From contig MU053136.1 of NCBI GenBank assembly GCA_013239625.1, positions 328,017-392,016 on the forward strand: a stretch of DNA of 64,000 bases, given 5' to 3'. The notes under the pieces were generated by a model. That model had not been told where the DNA came from and ran no database searches. It worked only from the letters and a program-made list of their open reading frames with translations. Shown here piece after piece: positions 46,140-60,732 of the stretch. The DNA comes from Lama guanicoe. Taxonomy: Eukaryota. The position numbers and the translations under genes are program-made. How positions within the stretch are numbered: the first letter of the stretch is position 1; the number at the start of each line of letters is the position of its first letter.

Positions 46140-48975
46140 CAACTCATTCATTTACTCAAATGTTCAGTAGGTACCTGTTATTTGTTAGATATTGTGTTAT
46201 ATGCTGAAGATACTAAGACAGGTGCGACACTATCGTCAAGGAGCTCATGTTTTATAATAGATTACAAAAAAATAAGTAAACTACAAGGTCGTAAGTGTTA
46301 TGAGGTAGTGATAAGATGTAATATGAGAACAAGGAGGAGGAATGCTTAACTCTGAATGACAGGATCAGATTCAGCTTTTCAGAGAAGATATAGTTTGAAT
46401 TGAGTCTCAGTGTATTCATTAATTCAAGCAGCATATCAGTAGATACAGTATTAGGTTCTGGGGATGTAAAAGAGTAAGACATAATCCTTACCTTCAGAGG
46501 GTTTAGGCAGACCAGTTAATCAGTGATACTGCAGCCTGATGAACTCTGAACTAGAGAAATGCACAAGGTGCTTTGGAAACACAATGGAGATCTGGAAAGA
46601 CTTTCTGTCAGGGGGTTATGAACCTTGACGGGCAGACAGGAGTTGGCCAGGTAGAGAAGTTTGGGGAAGAGAGTTCGAGGGAGGAACTGCCTGTATAAAT
46701 GATGGGGGTGTAGAGCAGAGCAGCATGATACCTTTGACAAAGTGCAGGGAGCAGGATGTGCCTACACATGGGATGTTTTTGGAAATTAGTTAAGATAAAA
46801 GGCTATAGAGATAAGTAGGGAGACCTAATCTTGAAGACCTTTTTTGATAGGCTGAAGGTTTTAACTTTTGTCTTAAACTATAAAAACTATTGAAGGATTA
46901 TTTTTTTGAAAGATTGCTTTTAGCAGTTTGGCAGCTGGATTGAAAAATAGACTAGAATCAGGGAATCCAGTTTAGGGACAGTCAAAATAATCAAGATAAG
47001 AAATAGGTTCTAAAGAGGTCCTGCAAGCTCACAGGGATGAACCAATTAAAGAGATATTTAGGACATAGAATCTGTTAGACTTGGAGATCTGTGTATGTGT
47101 GTGAGTACAGTTGTGAGAGGGATGAGCTCTTGGATAACTCCTAGTTTTCTGGGTTCCATGCCAAGATGGATGGTGACATCATTTATGAGTTAGGGAATAC
47201 AGGAAGATGCATGTTTGGGAATAAAGGTGAGGTGTTTTGTTTTGGACTGGTTGAATTTGAGGTACCTGTGGAACCCTGTGGAAATGCCTGATAGGAAGTT
47301 AGATGCACCAGTCTGGAGTTGGAAAGAGAAATTGGGACTGCTGCGACATTTGGGAGTCAACAGTGTATATACATTGTAGGTGAAGTGATGGGTTTTGTTT
47401 ATCCAAGGATCGTGTTGAGACTGAAGAGCTGAAGGCTGAGGAAGGAGTCTTGGAGAACACTGACAGTTAAAGATGTGGCTGCTAGCAGGGGAGCCCTGGA
47501 AGAAAACTGAGGAGGCCAGGAAGGTAGATAGAAAACCAAAAAAGTTTAAATGATAGGAACTTAGAGAAGAAACTTTCAAGGAGGAGGAAAAGAATTGTGT
47601 CAGTGTGTAGTGAAGTGGTCAAGTATAAAGACACTTGGTGCTGGATTTGGCACTCGGTCATTGGTGACATCAGTGAGATCAGGGTCACTGAAGTGGTGAG
47701 AGCAGAGACCAAATTGTTTTGGGCTGTGGAATAAATAGGAGATGGGAAAGAAAAGGCAGATAAGCCCTGTATTACAAGATGATTGCAGAGAGATGGAGAG
47801 AGAGGACAGTAGGGAGGGCATGTGGGGTTCAAGGAAGAGTTTTTTAAGATGAGACATTTGAGCAAGACAATAGAGAGTGATGATAATGAAGTGAGGTCTT
47901 TGAGGATGAAGAGAAGATAAAATCCAGAGCACAGGTAGATCAATTGTTATTGATCTTCGTTAAGATAGAAGGGGAAGGTAAAGAAAGGGGTGGGGACAAA
48001 TATTTGGTAACTGAACAAAGGGATTTGAGGGAGCGCCAGTCTTAGGATCTTGATATTCCTTTTGATGGAGGAGACATCATTTTGAATGAGGGGGCTTGTG
48101 TGTTCCAGTAAAGAGGGTTTGTAAAATAGGGACCTTGAGAAGAGAGCCGAATTTGGATAGCTTGACATAATAGGTGGGATAGTTGACAAGGAGTTTGTCA
48201 GGCAAAGATAAGGTGGAAATGCATTTCAAGCAGATAGAGTAGCTTGGACAAAGACCCAGGAGTATTGAAGAATGGTATGTATGGAGAGGTAACATTATTT
48301 TGAATGGCTGGAGAGGATGTATATAGAGCCTAATTTTATGCTAGACTTTAAGAGCTATATTAAGACATTTGGGATAGTTTGAGGCAAAGAGGAACCTCTG
48401 GAGATTTTAATCAGAGAAATGGAATGATTGTTTTATAAAGGTAGCTCTGGTAGCAACTTGGAGAAATAACCTCCAGGGGATTTAAATTAGAGGAAGAGAC
48501 ACTTGTTAGGAGGCTATTGTAGTAGGCTGTGCAGAAGATGTTGAAATCAGGATAGACCTGAGTATGATGGGTAAGAAACAACCCCTAAACCTCGACAGCT
48601 TGAAACAACAGTTTCTCATTCACACTACATGTGTCCATCAAAGATAGCTTAGAGATTTTAGTTATTCAGGGATAAAGGCTGAAAGAGCCTAATAGAGCAG
48701 CCACCACTGGAACATAGCCTGCTGTTCTCCTGGATGCAGAAAAGAACTCTGGAGGTCTTGTCCCATTAACTGAATTCTCTGCCTGTAAGTCATGGGAGTG
48801 GAGAAGAGGGTATAGGAGCTGAGAAGATGAGATGGATCCAGGAGATGGTACCAGAATTTGGAGATTGGTTATATATGGGAGGAGAGGGAAGGAATTGTGA
48901 ATAGATGACTCTCAATTTCTGTCTTGGGTCACTAGGTGGTGTTTCTAACTGAGATAAGAAAGGGGGCAGGTTTTA
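46140..48975 (-). mobile_element. several decayed L2 fragments
   Basis: Purine-rich on +, cattcatttactcaaatgttcagt end motif, ttgaatttgaggtacctgtgg; continues at about 53620-53850; limits approximate. Confidence 0.6.
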
Positions 48976-49907
48976 GGAGCACCTAAATATATAAAGTAAA
49001 TTTTAATAGACCTAAAGGGAGAAATAGACAGCAATATAATAATAGGGGACCTTAATACCCTACTTTCATCAGTGGATAAATCATCCAGACAAAATCAATA
49101 AGGGAACATTGGCCTTAAATGATAGGTTAGACTAGATGGATTTCACAGACATGTACAGAGCAATCCATCCAACAGCAACAGAATGCACCTACATGGACCA
49201 TTCTCTAAGGTAGATGATATGTTAGGCCACAAAACAAGTCTTCATAAATTCAAGAAGATTGACTCATATCAAGAATCTTTTCTGGCCAAAATGGTATGAA
49301 ACAAGAAATCAATTACAAGAAGAAAACTGGAAAATTCTCAAGTAAGTAGAGCTTAAACAACATGCTACTGAACAACAGGTCAAAGAAGAACTAAGATAAG
49401 TTAAAAAATACCCAGAGACAAATGAAAATAGAAATGCGATATACAAAATACAAAACCTATGGGATGCAGCAAAAGCACTTCTAAAAGGGAAGTTCATAGC
49501 AACAAATGCCTACATTAAGAAATAAGAGAGATTTCAAATAATCTAATTTTTCACCTCCAGGAACTAGAGAAAGAAGAACAATCTAAACTCAATGTTAGTA
49601 GAAGGAAGGAAATAAATAACAGAGTAGAAATAAATGAAATAGAGAAATAGTAGAAAAGATCAATGAAATGAAGAGCTGGCTTTTTAAAAAGATAAAATAG
49701 AGAAACTTGTAGGTAGACTTACCCAGGAAAAAAGGGGATTCAAATCAGAAATGAAAGAGACATTAATACCTGGTAACTCAAGAGACTACTATGAACGGTT
49801 ATTTACCAATAAATTGGACAACCTAGAAGAAATGGATAAATTCCTAGAACTGTACAACCTACCAAGACTGAATCATGAAGAAATAGAAAATCTGAACAGA
49901 CCCGTTA

Positions 49908-50352
49908 CAGGCATACCTCATCTTATTGAGCTTAGCTTTATTAAGCTTTGCTGATACTGTGTTTTTACAGATTGAAGGTTTGTGGCAACCCTGCATTGAA
50001 CAAGTCCGTCACTCCCATTTTTCCAACAGCATTTGCTCACTTCATGTCTCTGTGTTACTTTGGTAATTCCTGCCACGTTTCAAACTTTTCTTACTTGTTA
50101 TGATGATCTGTGATGAGTGATCTTCAGTGTTACTCTTGTATTGTTTTAGCAATAAAGTATTTTTAAATTAAGGTATGTACTTTTTTTTAGACATAATGCT
50201 GTTGTTGCACACTTAATAGACTACAGTATAGTATAAACATAACTTTCGTATGCATTGGGAAGCCAGAGGATTTGTGAGACTTGCTTTATTTTGATATTTG
50301 CTTTATTGCAGTGGTCTGGAACTGAACCTGCAGTATCTCCAAGGTATGCCAG
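49908..50352 (+). mobile_element. Tigger1-derived internally deleted element
   Basis: TIRs caggcatacct / aggtatgccag, TA TSD on both sides; L1 ORF2 resumes immediately after. Confidence 0.85.
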
Positions 50353-52044
50353 TACTAGTAAGAGTTTGAATCAATAACCAGAAACTTCCCAACAAACAAA
50401 AGTCCAGGACTAGATGTCTTCACTGGTGAATTCTACCAAACAGTTAAAGAAGAATTAATACTGATCCTTCTCCAACTCTTCCAAAATACAGAAGAGGAGG
50501 AAAAACTTTCAAACTCATTTTATGAGGCCAATATAACCCTGGTACCAAAACCAGACAAGGACACTACAAGAAAGAAAATTAAAGGCCAATATCCTTGATG
50601 AATATTGATGCAAAAATCCTCAACAAAATAGCAAACTGAATTCAACAATACATTGAAAGGATCATACAGCATAATCAAGTGGAATTTATTCCAGGGATGC
50701 AAGCACGGTTCAACATCTGCAGATCAGTCACTGTACTGTGGTACACCACGTAAACAAAATGAAGGATAAAAAACATACGATCATCTCAATGGTGCAGAAA
50801 AAGCATTTGACAGAATTCAACATCCATTTATGATACAAACTGGACAAAGTGCATATGGAGGGAATGCACCTTAACATCATAAAAGCCGTATATTACAAAC
50901 CCATAGCTAATGTGTTACACACAACTGAAGCTGAGAGCTTTTCCTCACCACTTTTATTCAACATAGTATTGGAAATCTTAACCAGTGCGCTTGGGCAAAA
51001 AAAGAAGTAAGGGGCATTCAGATCAGAAAGAAGTAAAACTCACTATTTGCAGATGACATTTGTAGAAGACTAGACACTACACCAAAAAACTGTTAAAACT
51101 AATGAATTCAGTAAAGTACAGAATACAAAATCAGTATACAAAAATTAGTTGCATTTCTATACACTAATAACTGTCAGAGAAATTTAAAAAACAATCCCAT
51201 TTTTAATTGCAGCAAAAAGAATTAAATACTTAGGAATAAATTTAAATAAGGAGGTGAAACTATATATGACATTGATGAAAACTATGACATTGGTGAAAGA
51301 AGTTGAAGAAGTTACAGATAAATGAAAAGGTAGTCTCTGCTCATGGATTGGAAGAATTAATATTGTTAAAATGTCCATACTACCCAGAGCAATCTATAGG
51401 TTCAGTGCAATCCCTATCAAAATTCCAGTGACATTTTTCACAGAGAACAAACAATCCTAAAATTTGTGTGGAACCACCAAAGATGCCAAATAGCCAAAGA
51501 AATCTTGAGAAAGGAACAAAAGTGAAGGTATCATACATCCTGATCTCAAACTGTATTACTAAGCTTTAGTGATCAAAACAGTATGATATTGGCATTAAAA
51601 ACAGACACAGATTAATGGAAGAGAATAGACAGCCCAGAAATAAACCTATGCACATATGTCAATGTATGATAAAGGGGCCAAGACTGTACAGTGGGCAAAG
51701 GATAGTCTCTTTATTAAATGGTACTGGGAAAACTGGACAGCCACATGCAAAAGAATGAAACTGGGGTACTATATTGCACCATATGCAAAAAATAACTCAA
51801 AATGGATTAAAGCCTTGAACAGAAGACCAGAAAACATAAAACTTGTAGATGGAAACATAGGCAGTAAGCTCCTTGACATCTGTCTTGGGGATGGTTTTTT
51901 TGGATTTGACACCAAAAGCAAAGGCAATAAAAGTAAAAATCAGTGGGACTACGTCATACTAAAAAGCTGCACATCAAGGGAAGCCATCAACAAAATGAAA
52001 ACTCAGCCTACTGTATGGGGGAAAGTATTTACCAGTCATATTTG

Positions 52045-52222
52045 AAAGAGTTACAAACTATTATGTATAAAATAAACTATAAGAACACGTTGCACAATGC
52101 AGGGAATATAGCCAATATTTTATAGTAAGTATAAATGGAATATAGCCTTTAAAATGTGAATCACTACATGGTTCACCTGTAACTTAACATAATATTGTAC
52201 ATCAACTATACTTCCAAAAAAT
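52045..52222 (+). mobile_element. second L1 3' end nested in the older L1
   Basis: cagggaatatagccaatatttta...gtacatcaactatacttcc + A run interrupts ORF2 sequence. Confidence 0.7.
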
Positions 52223-52469
52223 CATGTATTTAGAAAGGGTTAATACTGCAAATATATAAAGAACTCGTGCAACTTAGTAGAAAAAAGAGTCTGATTAAAA
52301 AATGGGCAAAAGAATTGAATAGACAATTTTCCAGAGAAGACGTACAGATGGCAACAGGTACATGGAAGGGTGGTGCTCAACATAGCTAATCATCAGGGAT
52401 CTACAGATCAAACCCTCGGTGAGATATTAGCTTACACCTTTAAAATGGCTATTATCAGAAAGACAAGAG

Positions 52470-52741
52470 ATAGACTTGTGGTTGGTTGCCAGCGGGGAGG
52501 AGGGTGGGAAGGGATAAACTGAGAGTTCAAGATTTGCAGATACTGACTGGTATATATAAAGTAAATAAACAGATTTATACTACATAGCCCAGGGAAATAT
52601 ATTCAATATCTTGTAGTAGCTCATGGTGAAAAAGAATATGAAAATGAATATATGTGTGTTCATGTGTGACTGAAAAATTGTGCTGTGCACCAGAAATTGA
52701 CATGACATTGTAAACTGACTATACTTCAATTAAAAAAAAAA
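52470..52741 (+). mobile_element. young lineage-specific L1 3' end nested in the older L1
   Basis: Reverse complement of the 41107-41372 element; ends gtaaactgactatacttcaatt + poly(A). Confidence 0.8.
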
Positions 52742-53025
52742 GCCAGATGAAAAGTGTTGGGGACAATGTGGAGAAAAGAGAATCCTAGTGGCACTGTTGG
52801 TGAGAATGTAAATTGGGATAGCCACTGTGGAAAGCAGTGTGGAGATTCCTCAGGAAATTAAAAATAGAACTGCCATGTGACTCAGCAATCCCACTTCTGA
52901 GTATATGAAAAAAGTGAAATCATTTTCTTGAAAAGATATCTGCACCCTGATGTTCATTGCATCAGTAGTCCCAATAGTTAAGACATGGAAACAACCTAAC
53001 TGTCCAGTAGGTAGAGAAAATGTGG

Positions 53026-53027
<2 letters not shown>

Positions 53028-53061
<34 letters not shown>
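53028..53061. repeat. (AC)n microsatellite
   Basis: About 17 uninterrupted AC units. Confidence 0.95.
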
Positions 53062-53063
<2 letters not shown>

Positions 53064-54328
53064 ATATTATGCAGTGGTGAAAAAGAAGGAAACACTATTT
53101 GCAACAATATAGATGAACCTTGAGGGCATTATGTTAAGGGAGATCAGTCTGAGAAAGACAAGTAAGTACTGTATGAAATCACTTATTATATAGACTCTAG
53201 AAAAAAAGAAAAACCAAATTCATCAGCTACAGAGAACAGGTTGGTGGTTGCCAGAGGCAGGAGGTAGGGGATAGGCAAAATGGGTGAAGGTGGACAAAAG
53301 GGTACATATTATTATATATGTATGTATATAATATACTTAAAAATATATGTTAAATATATAATATATTAAAATATGTATTTTAAAAGTTCTGGAGTTGTAA
53401 TAATACAGCATGATGGTTGTAGTTAATACTGTATTGTATGTTTGAAAGTTGCTAACAGAGAAGATCTTTAAAGTTCTTATTGCAAGGAAAATAATTATAA
53501 ATATGTCTGGTGTTGAATGTTAATTAGACTTAATTTTGATTATTTCACAATAAAATATACATATATTGAATCATTATGTTGTATACCTGTAGCTAATATT
53601 ATATGTCAGTTATATCACTAAAACAGTGGGGGCAGGTTTGGGCTTAGAGGAATGTTGGCAGAAAGTTCACTTTTGGAAATGTATAGCAGATAGTTGTCCA
53701 AATGAATCTGGAGCTCTGTAGAGAGGCAGGGGTGTTTCGATTTTGGAGTACTCTGTGCATGAAGGGGTTTCAGTATGATAGAGAATGGGACTACAGAGTG
53801 GTAAGAGCTGAGATGAAGCCTCAGGAAATACCAAAATTTAAGAGGCACTTCTGGCCTGATGACATTGGATTTTAATGTAAAGACCGACATTTTTTGGGAC
53901 CAAGGCAGCCTGTGTCTGTTCTTGATATATCACCCACTAGTGTTTTGAGGAAGGAGCAAATGTTAAAGTTGTGAGAAGCTGCTGCTTCTACCATTTCACA
54001 GGTACTTCAGAGTATGTTAGCTGCCAATTGTGGATTTATTGTTGCTGGTTTTAGATGGAATGCACTTCATTTCTTTTATTTGAATTTGGATATATTTGGC
54101 AATTCACAAAATTTAATAAAATGATTTAGCTTATAAGCTAGTTGCCAAGATATGGAAGACTGAAAATGGTCCAGTTGCCCCACATACTTACAGAGTAGTT
54201 AAGTGAACAAAGAATGTGATGTCACAGAAATATATTATTAGCACATATTAGATAATTTGATCCTCAGAAGGATAATCCCCATGGAGTAGTACTGTATTAT
54301 CCCTGTTTCACAGTTGAGGTTTAGGGAG

Positions 54329-54688
54329 TGTCTTAATCTGTTCAGACTGCTATAACGGAATACCACAGACTGGGTGATTTATCAGCAGAAATTTATTTCT
54401 CACAGTTCTAGAGGCTGAGAAGCCCAGGATCAAGGTACCAGCACAGTTTGATTCTGCTAAGGGCCCTCTTCCTGGTTAATAACTGGCATCTTACTGTGTC
54501 CTCACATAGTGGAAGGAGCTAAGGATCTTTCTGGAACATGTTTTAATACGACACTAAACCCATTCGTGAGGGCTCTGCCCTCATGACCTAATTAATCACC
54601 CCAAAGACCTCACTTCTTAATACCATCATGTTTGGGAGTTAGGATTTAACATGAATTTTGAGAGGGCACACACATTCAGACCATTGCA
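54329..54688. mobile_element. MaLR solo LTR (MLT1A-like)
   Basis: tgtcttaatc...cagaaatttatttctcacagttctagaggctg...cattcagaccattgca; TG...CA ends, about 360 bp. Confidence 0.8.
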
Positions 54689-54859
54689 GAAAGGTTAGGT
54701 TGGGTTGTTTGTCCATCATTGTGCAGCTGGAACACAACACAGTTTCATGCTGAAGTGTGCACCTGTAACCATCACCTGGAATTTTTTAGGACACAGCAGA
54801 ATTTACACTGAATACCTAAGAGCTTGGGTTAATGTTGATGCTTGTTCTTTTTCACTCCA

Positions 54860-56180
54860 GTGTTTTTATGTGGAAGAGTTCCAAACGTATAGAGAAGTTG
54901 AAAGAGTGATATAGTATGACTTTTACCTAATATTTATCAAATATTTTGTCACATTTGTGCTCTCACACTTTCTTCATCCCCTTCCTCTCTCTCCCTCTCT
55001 TCCCTCCCTTCCTTTGTCACTTTCTACTTCTCTTTCTCCCTTCCTTCCCTATACACACACACATTATTTTTTATTGTATGTTAGGAATTTTTATTAGGAA
55101 ATTTGTATTGGGAAATGACAGACATCAGGAAACTTCACTCAAAATTTCTTAAGCATATATTGCCAAAGAACAAGATATTGTCCTTTATTACTATAATACT
55201 ATTATCAAACTCATTACCACATTTAAAATATTTTATAGTGATACAATAATTTATAGTATATACTCAGATTTCCTCAGTTATCTCAATAATTGAGATACTG
55301 CTTTAAAGCTTTCCTTCCAACCCTAGATTTATTCAAGGATCATGAATTACATTTAATTATGTCTTTTTAGCCTTTTAATTCAGAGCAGTTCTCTCCATTT
55401 TTGTTTTTAGTGTCATTGATATTTTTGAAGAGTTCAGGCCAGTTATGTTGAAGAATGTTTTACAATTTTGAATTTGTCATGATTAGATTCAGATCAAACA
55501 TTTTTGGCAAGAATACTACTTAGGTGATGTGCGTTTCTCTGTGCACATAATGTCACTTCGTCCCATTATCAGTTAAGTTTGATCACTTAGGTCAGTTGAC
55601 ATAGACTACATTTCTTCTTTGTAAAGGTACCTTTTTCCCTTTGTAATTAAGTAACAACCTGTGGGATGATACTTAAGATTCTGCAACTCTTTTCCTCAGT
55701 GTTTTACCCAGCAGTGTTAACATTCATTGATGATCCTTGCCTGAATTAGTTATTATATTGGTGGTTGCAAAATGTTGATTCTGTCATTCCTTCTGCATTT
55801 ACTAGTTGGTGTCCTATGAAGAAGAGCTTTATTTCTCCCATTTTTTTGTTTTTGAGGATCACTATAGATTTGGTATTTTTTAAAAATTCAGTTATGTTAC
55901 AATCCATCATCAATATTAAAAATACTGACAGTATTTAGTATTTTTGACAATATTTAGTATTAAACATACAGCAACTGTCATAAGTTTAGTTAATGGGAGC
56001 CCCTTCAGACTGACTCCTGTGTCTTTTTGACTTGTCCCAGTCAGATTTTTTAGGACTCCCCCCCACCCCAGGACTTTCTTACAGTCTGGCACAAAGTAAT
56101 TTTGGGCTCACTTTGTAATTGCCCCAAACCTGGAATCAATCATTTCTCCAAGGAACCCTGATTTCTTTAATGGGGAATGG
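54860..56180 (-). mobile_element. old L1 (L1MC/MD-like) 3' region
   Basis: catttttggcaagaatact, ggaatcaatcatttctccaaggaaccctg motifs; limits approximate. Confidence 0.6.
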
Positions 56181-59100
56181 TTCCTTAAAGGGGAACTGCT
56201 CTCAATCTTTATTATCTATCCTTTACTATCTTTATGGGATCCGTTATTTCCAGTACAAAAAAATAGAGTGGATTCCAGATCTAAGACTCTTCTGTGTCTT
56301 CACAGAAGTACTTCCCAGAAGTAATACAGTGTCTAAATTGAATTATTTCTTACAATGAAGTGAGTTATAGGCAGCTTTGATGACTTGCCATGGGAGATGG
56401 GGTATTGTGCAGAAAGCTGGCATTGTATTGGTTCTTCCCCTAACTTGCAGGTGACCCGTGAAGGTGAAAATAAGCATTCCTATCCTGCTTCCTTTTGTGT
56501 GATACAGGCTTTTTCTTCCTGTGGTGTAGTCACTTAAGAGTTGTTTCCCTCATTGTTATTTTCTGCTCTCTGAATTAAAATCTCCTTAGATAGGGAAGCT
56601 TCTAAACTAGGTCTTTCATACTTTGTGCTTTGAACCTGCATCTTGTATTCATCTGCATGCCTTTTACACATTGGTCTGTAAATGCAGTCTAGGAAGCTGA
56701 CATGAAGTTAGGGTGTTTATTGTATTGAACAGTAATGCTGGAAATTACTGTGGTTTTATGGTTCCTTGTGAGGTCTGATGTTTTAGAAAATCCAAAATAG
56801 AATTAGCCTTAGAATTGGGATCTGGTGCACCCCAGTCACTTACAGTACAACTTGAGAATGTCCTGCTCTGGGACTCTATGTTAAATGAGATGTGTCAGTT
56901 CCTTCTACAAAAACACTTTGCATATTTGGTACTGAAGGTGAAACTCTTTAAATCTATGTATATGTTCCTTTGATGTGGAAACATAAATAAGTGATAAGGA
57001 AAGTGATCTGCAATTAACATGTTTTGTTGCAATATTTAAAATCCTGCCTATTATCCCTGTGGAAGAAATACAGACTATATTTTTTGAGGGGCAATGTTGG
57101 TTGTTTCTAGATGTTGTAGATAATTTAATTAACACAATTACCTATCAATTGATTATATGGCTTATATATTCTTTTATGTGGATGACTGATCTAAGATAAC
57201 TTTAAAAATTAGCTGCCTGGCAACATGAAAGTGCAGATATTAAAATGAATCGCATGCCTTCCAACTATTTCTATTACTTGGCTAAATTTAGAACCATGCA
57301 GAGCTTCTGCAGAATTGAAATCTCTGGGGATTTTAATAGTGAAGACAGACAATATTTGACTTCAGAGTAAGGAAGAAGAAAGGTAGCTTCAAATTAATTT
57401 TTTGTACTGTCACCCAGACTACTTAATTAAGACACAGAGTCCAGTGAAAAGTCAAAACTGTTGTGAGAATTTTGAGTGCTGAAAACTTGTTAGTAAGCCT
57501 AGGCTCTGGGTGGTTAAAGGGATAATTTTTATCCCTTCCTAAGTGAATTACTGGAGGCTATCCACTCTTCTTTCTCCAGTGTCTTCTCAAATTATGCTTG
57601 AGAAATATAGTTCTTATACTTTACCTGGATGGATAAGGCAGCACGTCTAAGTTAGAGATCAGGTGAACATTACAGCTGGGTACTTGTGGGCGAATTTTAT
57701 GACACTGGAGTTGTTTTGCATATGTGTGGATTCAGACTAGTATAGGATATTTTGAGAAGGAACTTAGTTTTTAGTGCACATTTAACTGTACACAAAATAT
57801 GAAGATCTGTTGATGGAGTTGGGTAGGAACTCAGCATAACAAATAGCAAATAAAAGGAATGGTACTTTGAGTAACTAAATATACATTAAAATAGAGTAAG
57901 ATTTTACATAGAGAGTGAATATGTTGTGTTTACTATCTGATTGGGCAATTAGAAATGTAAGACTTTGTTGCTGCTATAGTAAGAAATTTTAAGGACACAG
58001 GAAAAATGCACCCCAAATTATTATACACCAAAAAAATTCCATGGAAATGGAATGCATGTTTTTTTTTTTCTGACCCTGGATTTATACAAATAGTGAAATG
58101 TAAAAAAATAGAAAAACAAATCTACATAATTACTCTCATTGAGTTAAGCCCCATGTGCTTTCCACCCCCACCTCCCTCCTGTTAGGGCTTTCATAGATGA
58201 ATTGTAGAAGAGAGGCATTTATGTTCACTGGGGACGTGAGCTGCCCTCAAAGGACTACTGTAGTGAGACAAAATGTTATGAAGGAGGTAGTGGGATGGTT
58301 GTTTTTTTTTTTTGCTTATCTCTATTTATAAAGATTATGGATTTCTTTTATGTTTAGAGAAAAAATAATTTAAAAACATTTTTTAAAAGAATAAAGGGAC
58401 CAGAAATCAAACTCTTAAAGCTTGTAAGTACTCTAATAGACTTGTTCTCCAGTGTTCTTGGCCTTCAGTTAGGTGGTGAGTTCTTTTTTTCCTGGGCTTT
58501 GTGACTTTTTGGGAAGTAAACTCTCTTTATATTACAGCTGAAGTTTTTATTAAGTAACTTTAGCATATTTAATCAATCACTTAGATAATACAATTTCTAT
58601 TCAAATCTAGTAATGTATAATTTTGTTTCTCTGAAAGAGTCTAGATTCTCAAGTTCCCATTTGAACTCTGGGAGGAAAAGTTTGTGTTTATTACTAGCCC
58701 TAACTAGCTTGCCCTAACTTGTTGGAGACTTAGCATTTTGATGCTATAAGTGGAACCCCTGTTAAATTTGAATAAGGCAATATTATATCTTTTACTAGAG
58801 TAAAAATAAATTTCAGCACAGTATTTTAGCCCTTGCAGTGACAAGAAGAATATTACATTTTTCTATAAGTCCCCGGGTTTTTCAGAGATACTTGAGTGTC
58901 AGATAAGGTACGTGGGACCATTAGAAGGCTTAGCACCATTCTAGGGCTATGGGATTAAGATTTTTTTGGGGTATTAAAAGACCTTACTGACTAGCTGTGG
59001 AGATAAAACATGAACAATTAATGAGCAAAACAATAGTAAATATAATGAGTTATATTCTGTAGTATAGACAGAATGCAGTAGACTTTAGTTGTGTCTAATT

Positions 59101-59489
59101 GTGTGGTACAAATAAATGCAAAAAAAAAAGAAAAGAGGAATCAATATAGAAAGGTAAGGATGAGGAGAGAATTAAACTGGGCTTCAATAAGATTAATGTA
59201 TAAAATTCATTTCAGTGGCTATATTTCAAATATATTTTTTTTCCTTTTTTGAGATTTGTTTTTTTAAGTACTTTATTGTGGAAAACTTTGAACATTTGAA
59301 AGCAGCAAAATAGTAAAATGAACCTCCATATACATTTATTAGCTTATAGCCAGTCTTGTTTCATGTCTACTCCTTTTCCTGATTATTTTGAAGCAAATCT
59401 GACGTTATTTCATCCTGCAGTATTTTAGTATATATCCCTAAAAAAATAAGGACCTTTAAAAACATAATACCAATACCATTTGCATATCT

Positions 59490-60504
59490 ATGTAATTTTG
59501 GTTGAAGTATATGAAAAAAGTCTAGACTCAGAGATATGTAGACGAAAAAGAGGAGTATTTTAACATTTTCCTCAGGTAACTATGGATATTCTCTGATATT
59601 ATACCAAAACTCAACAAGTGGTGGTTTCTTGAAGGTTAGTTGTAGTGTAGAATCTGAAACCATATTACTGAACTTTTCTACTTAGTGATATTAAAATTCA
59701 TTTGTCTATCTTGTACATTGAACGTGTGTCTGATTTTGAAACATCATGATTTGGTCAGTTGGAAAATTTTGGTTCACTGAGTTTTCCAGATCTTCCAAAT
59801 GTTTAACACAGTTCATTATGCAGTTAAAAAAAATCACATTCATTAATATCACCATTTCACCAGTAAGTCTTAAAGAATTGAGAAGCTGTCTAGCGCATAA
59901 CAGATACGTGTTTTCAAAATTCTGATTTTAGCTTAAAAGTTTGAATTTTATCATTGTTAACGAATACTGTTATTTGTTTTCTTTGAAATAACAGGCTCAC
60001 TCTGTTCATTTTTGAGAAAAATATTACCACATATCCAAGTCTGAAAAATCAGTTTGCCTGTCAGTTGGTTACTTAAGAAATAATAGTATTCCATGAAAAA
60101 GCAGCTATTTCAGCTTGCAGCTCAGGTGCTTTTCCTCAAGACAATTGTACTTTGATATGCAGTGAAGTGCTTGCTTTATACTTACTTCCCATTTTGTCAC
60201 TTAAAATATTCAAAGTTGGAAATTTAATAAAATTATTAATTTTTACTGTTTTATCAAGGACATTCTTAGGTAAAATTTATCTTTTCTTCTTTAAACTGCA
60301 GATGTGGAGTGGTGGAGAATATGACATTACAGTTTGATACCCCTGCCTTGATTTATACTAAGACACTAACAGTTATACCTACATTGCTTTTGTCACCATT
60401 GTGAAAAAGGCAAATAACATCTTAGTGTTGTTATGAAAATAACATGTTATTATGAAAACAGTTTCACTTTTAGACTTCCTGAGACCACACTTTGAGAACT
60501 GCTG
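59490..60504 (-). mobile_element. Charlie1-family hAT transposon fragment
   Basis: Ends gaccacactttgagaactgctg followed by ttctag; ataccaaaactcaacaagtggtggtttctt internal motif. Confidence 0.75.
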
Positions 60505-60527
60505 TTCTAGTTAGAGGATGCATTATA

Positions 60528-60732
60528 CAGGTGAACCTTGAACAACATGGATTTTTTTTCAATAGTAAATACTATAGTATTACACGATCTGTGGTTGGTT
60601 GAATCTGTGGATGTGGAATCCTAGATACCAGAGGAACCGTGGATACTAAGGACTGACTATAAGTTATACTCAGATTTTCAACTATGGGGAGGTTTGGTGC
60701 CCCTAACCTCCTAATTGTTCAAGGGTTAACTG
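60528..60732. mobile_element. Tigger2-derived MITE (MER8-like)
   Basis: TIRs caggtgaaccttgaacaa / ttgttcaagggttaactg, TA TSDs. Confidence 0.8.

Larger units (their letters stand above)
48979..53616 (+). mobile_element. L1 (L1MA-like) with decayed ORF2 and 3'UTR, hosting nested insertions
   Basis: ORF2 remnants ([38 protein letters not shown]; tttgcagatgac RT motif at about 51046) with many stops and frameshifts. Confidence 0.92.

Noticed and set aside
49751..52045. ORFs resembling reverse transcriptase polyprotein
   Set aside because: Fragments of a dead L1 ORF2 broken by stops, frameshifts and insertions
53305..53385. AT-rich quasi-palindromic tract
   Set aside because: Low-complexity TA expansion within an L1 3'UTR
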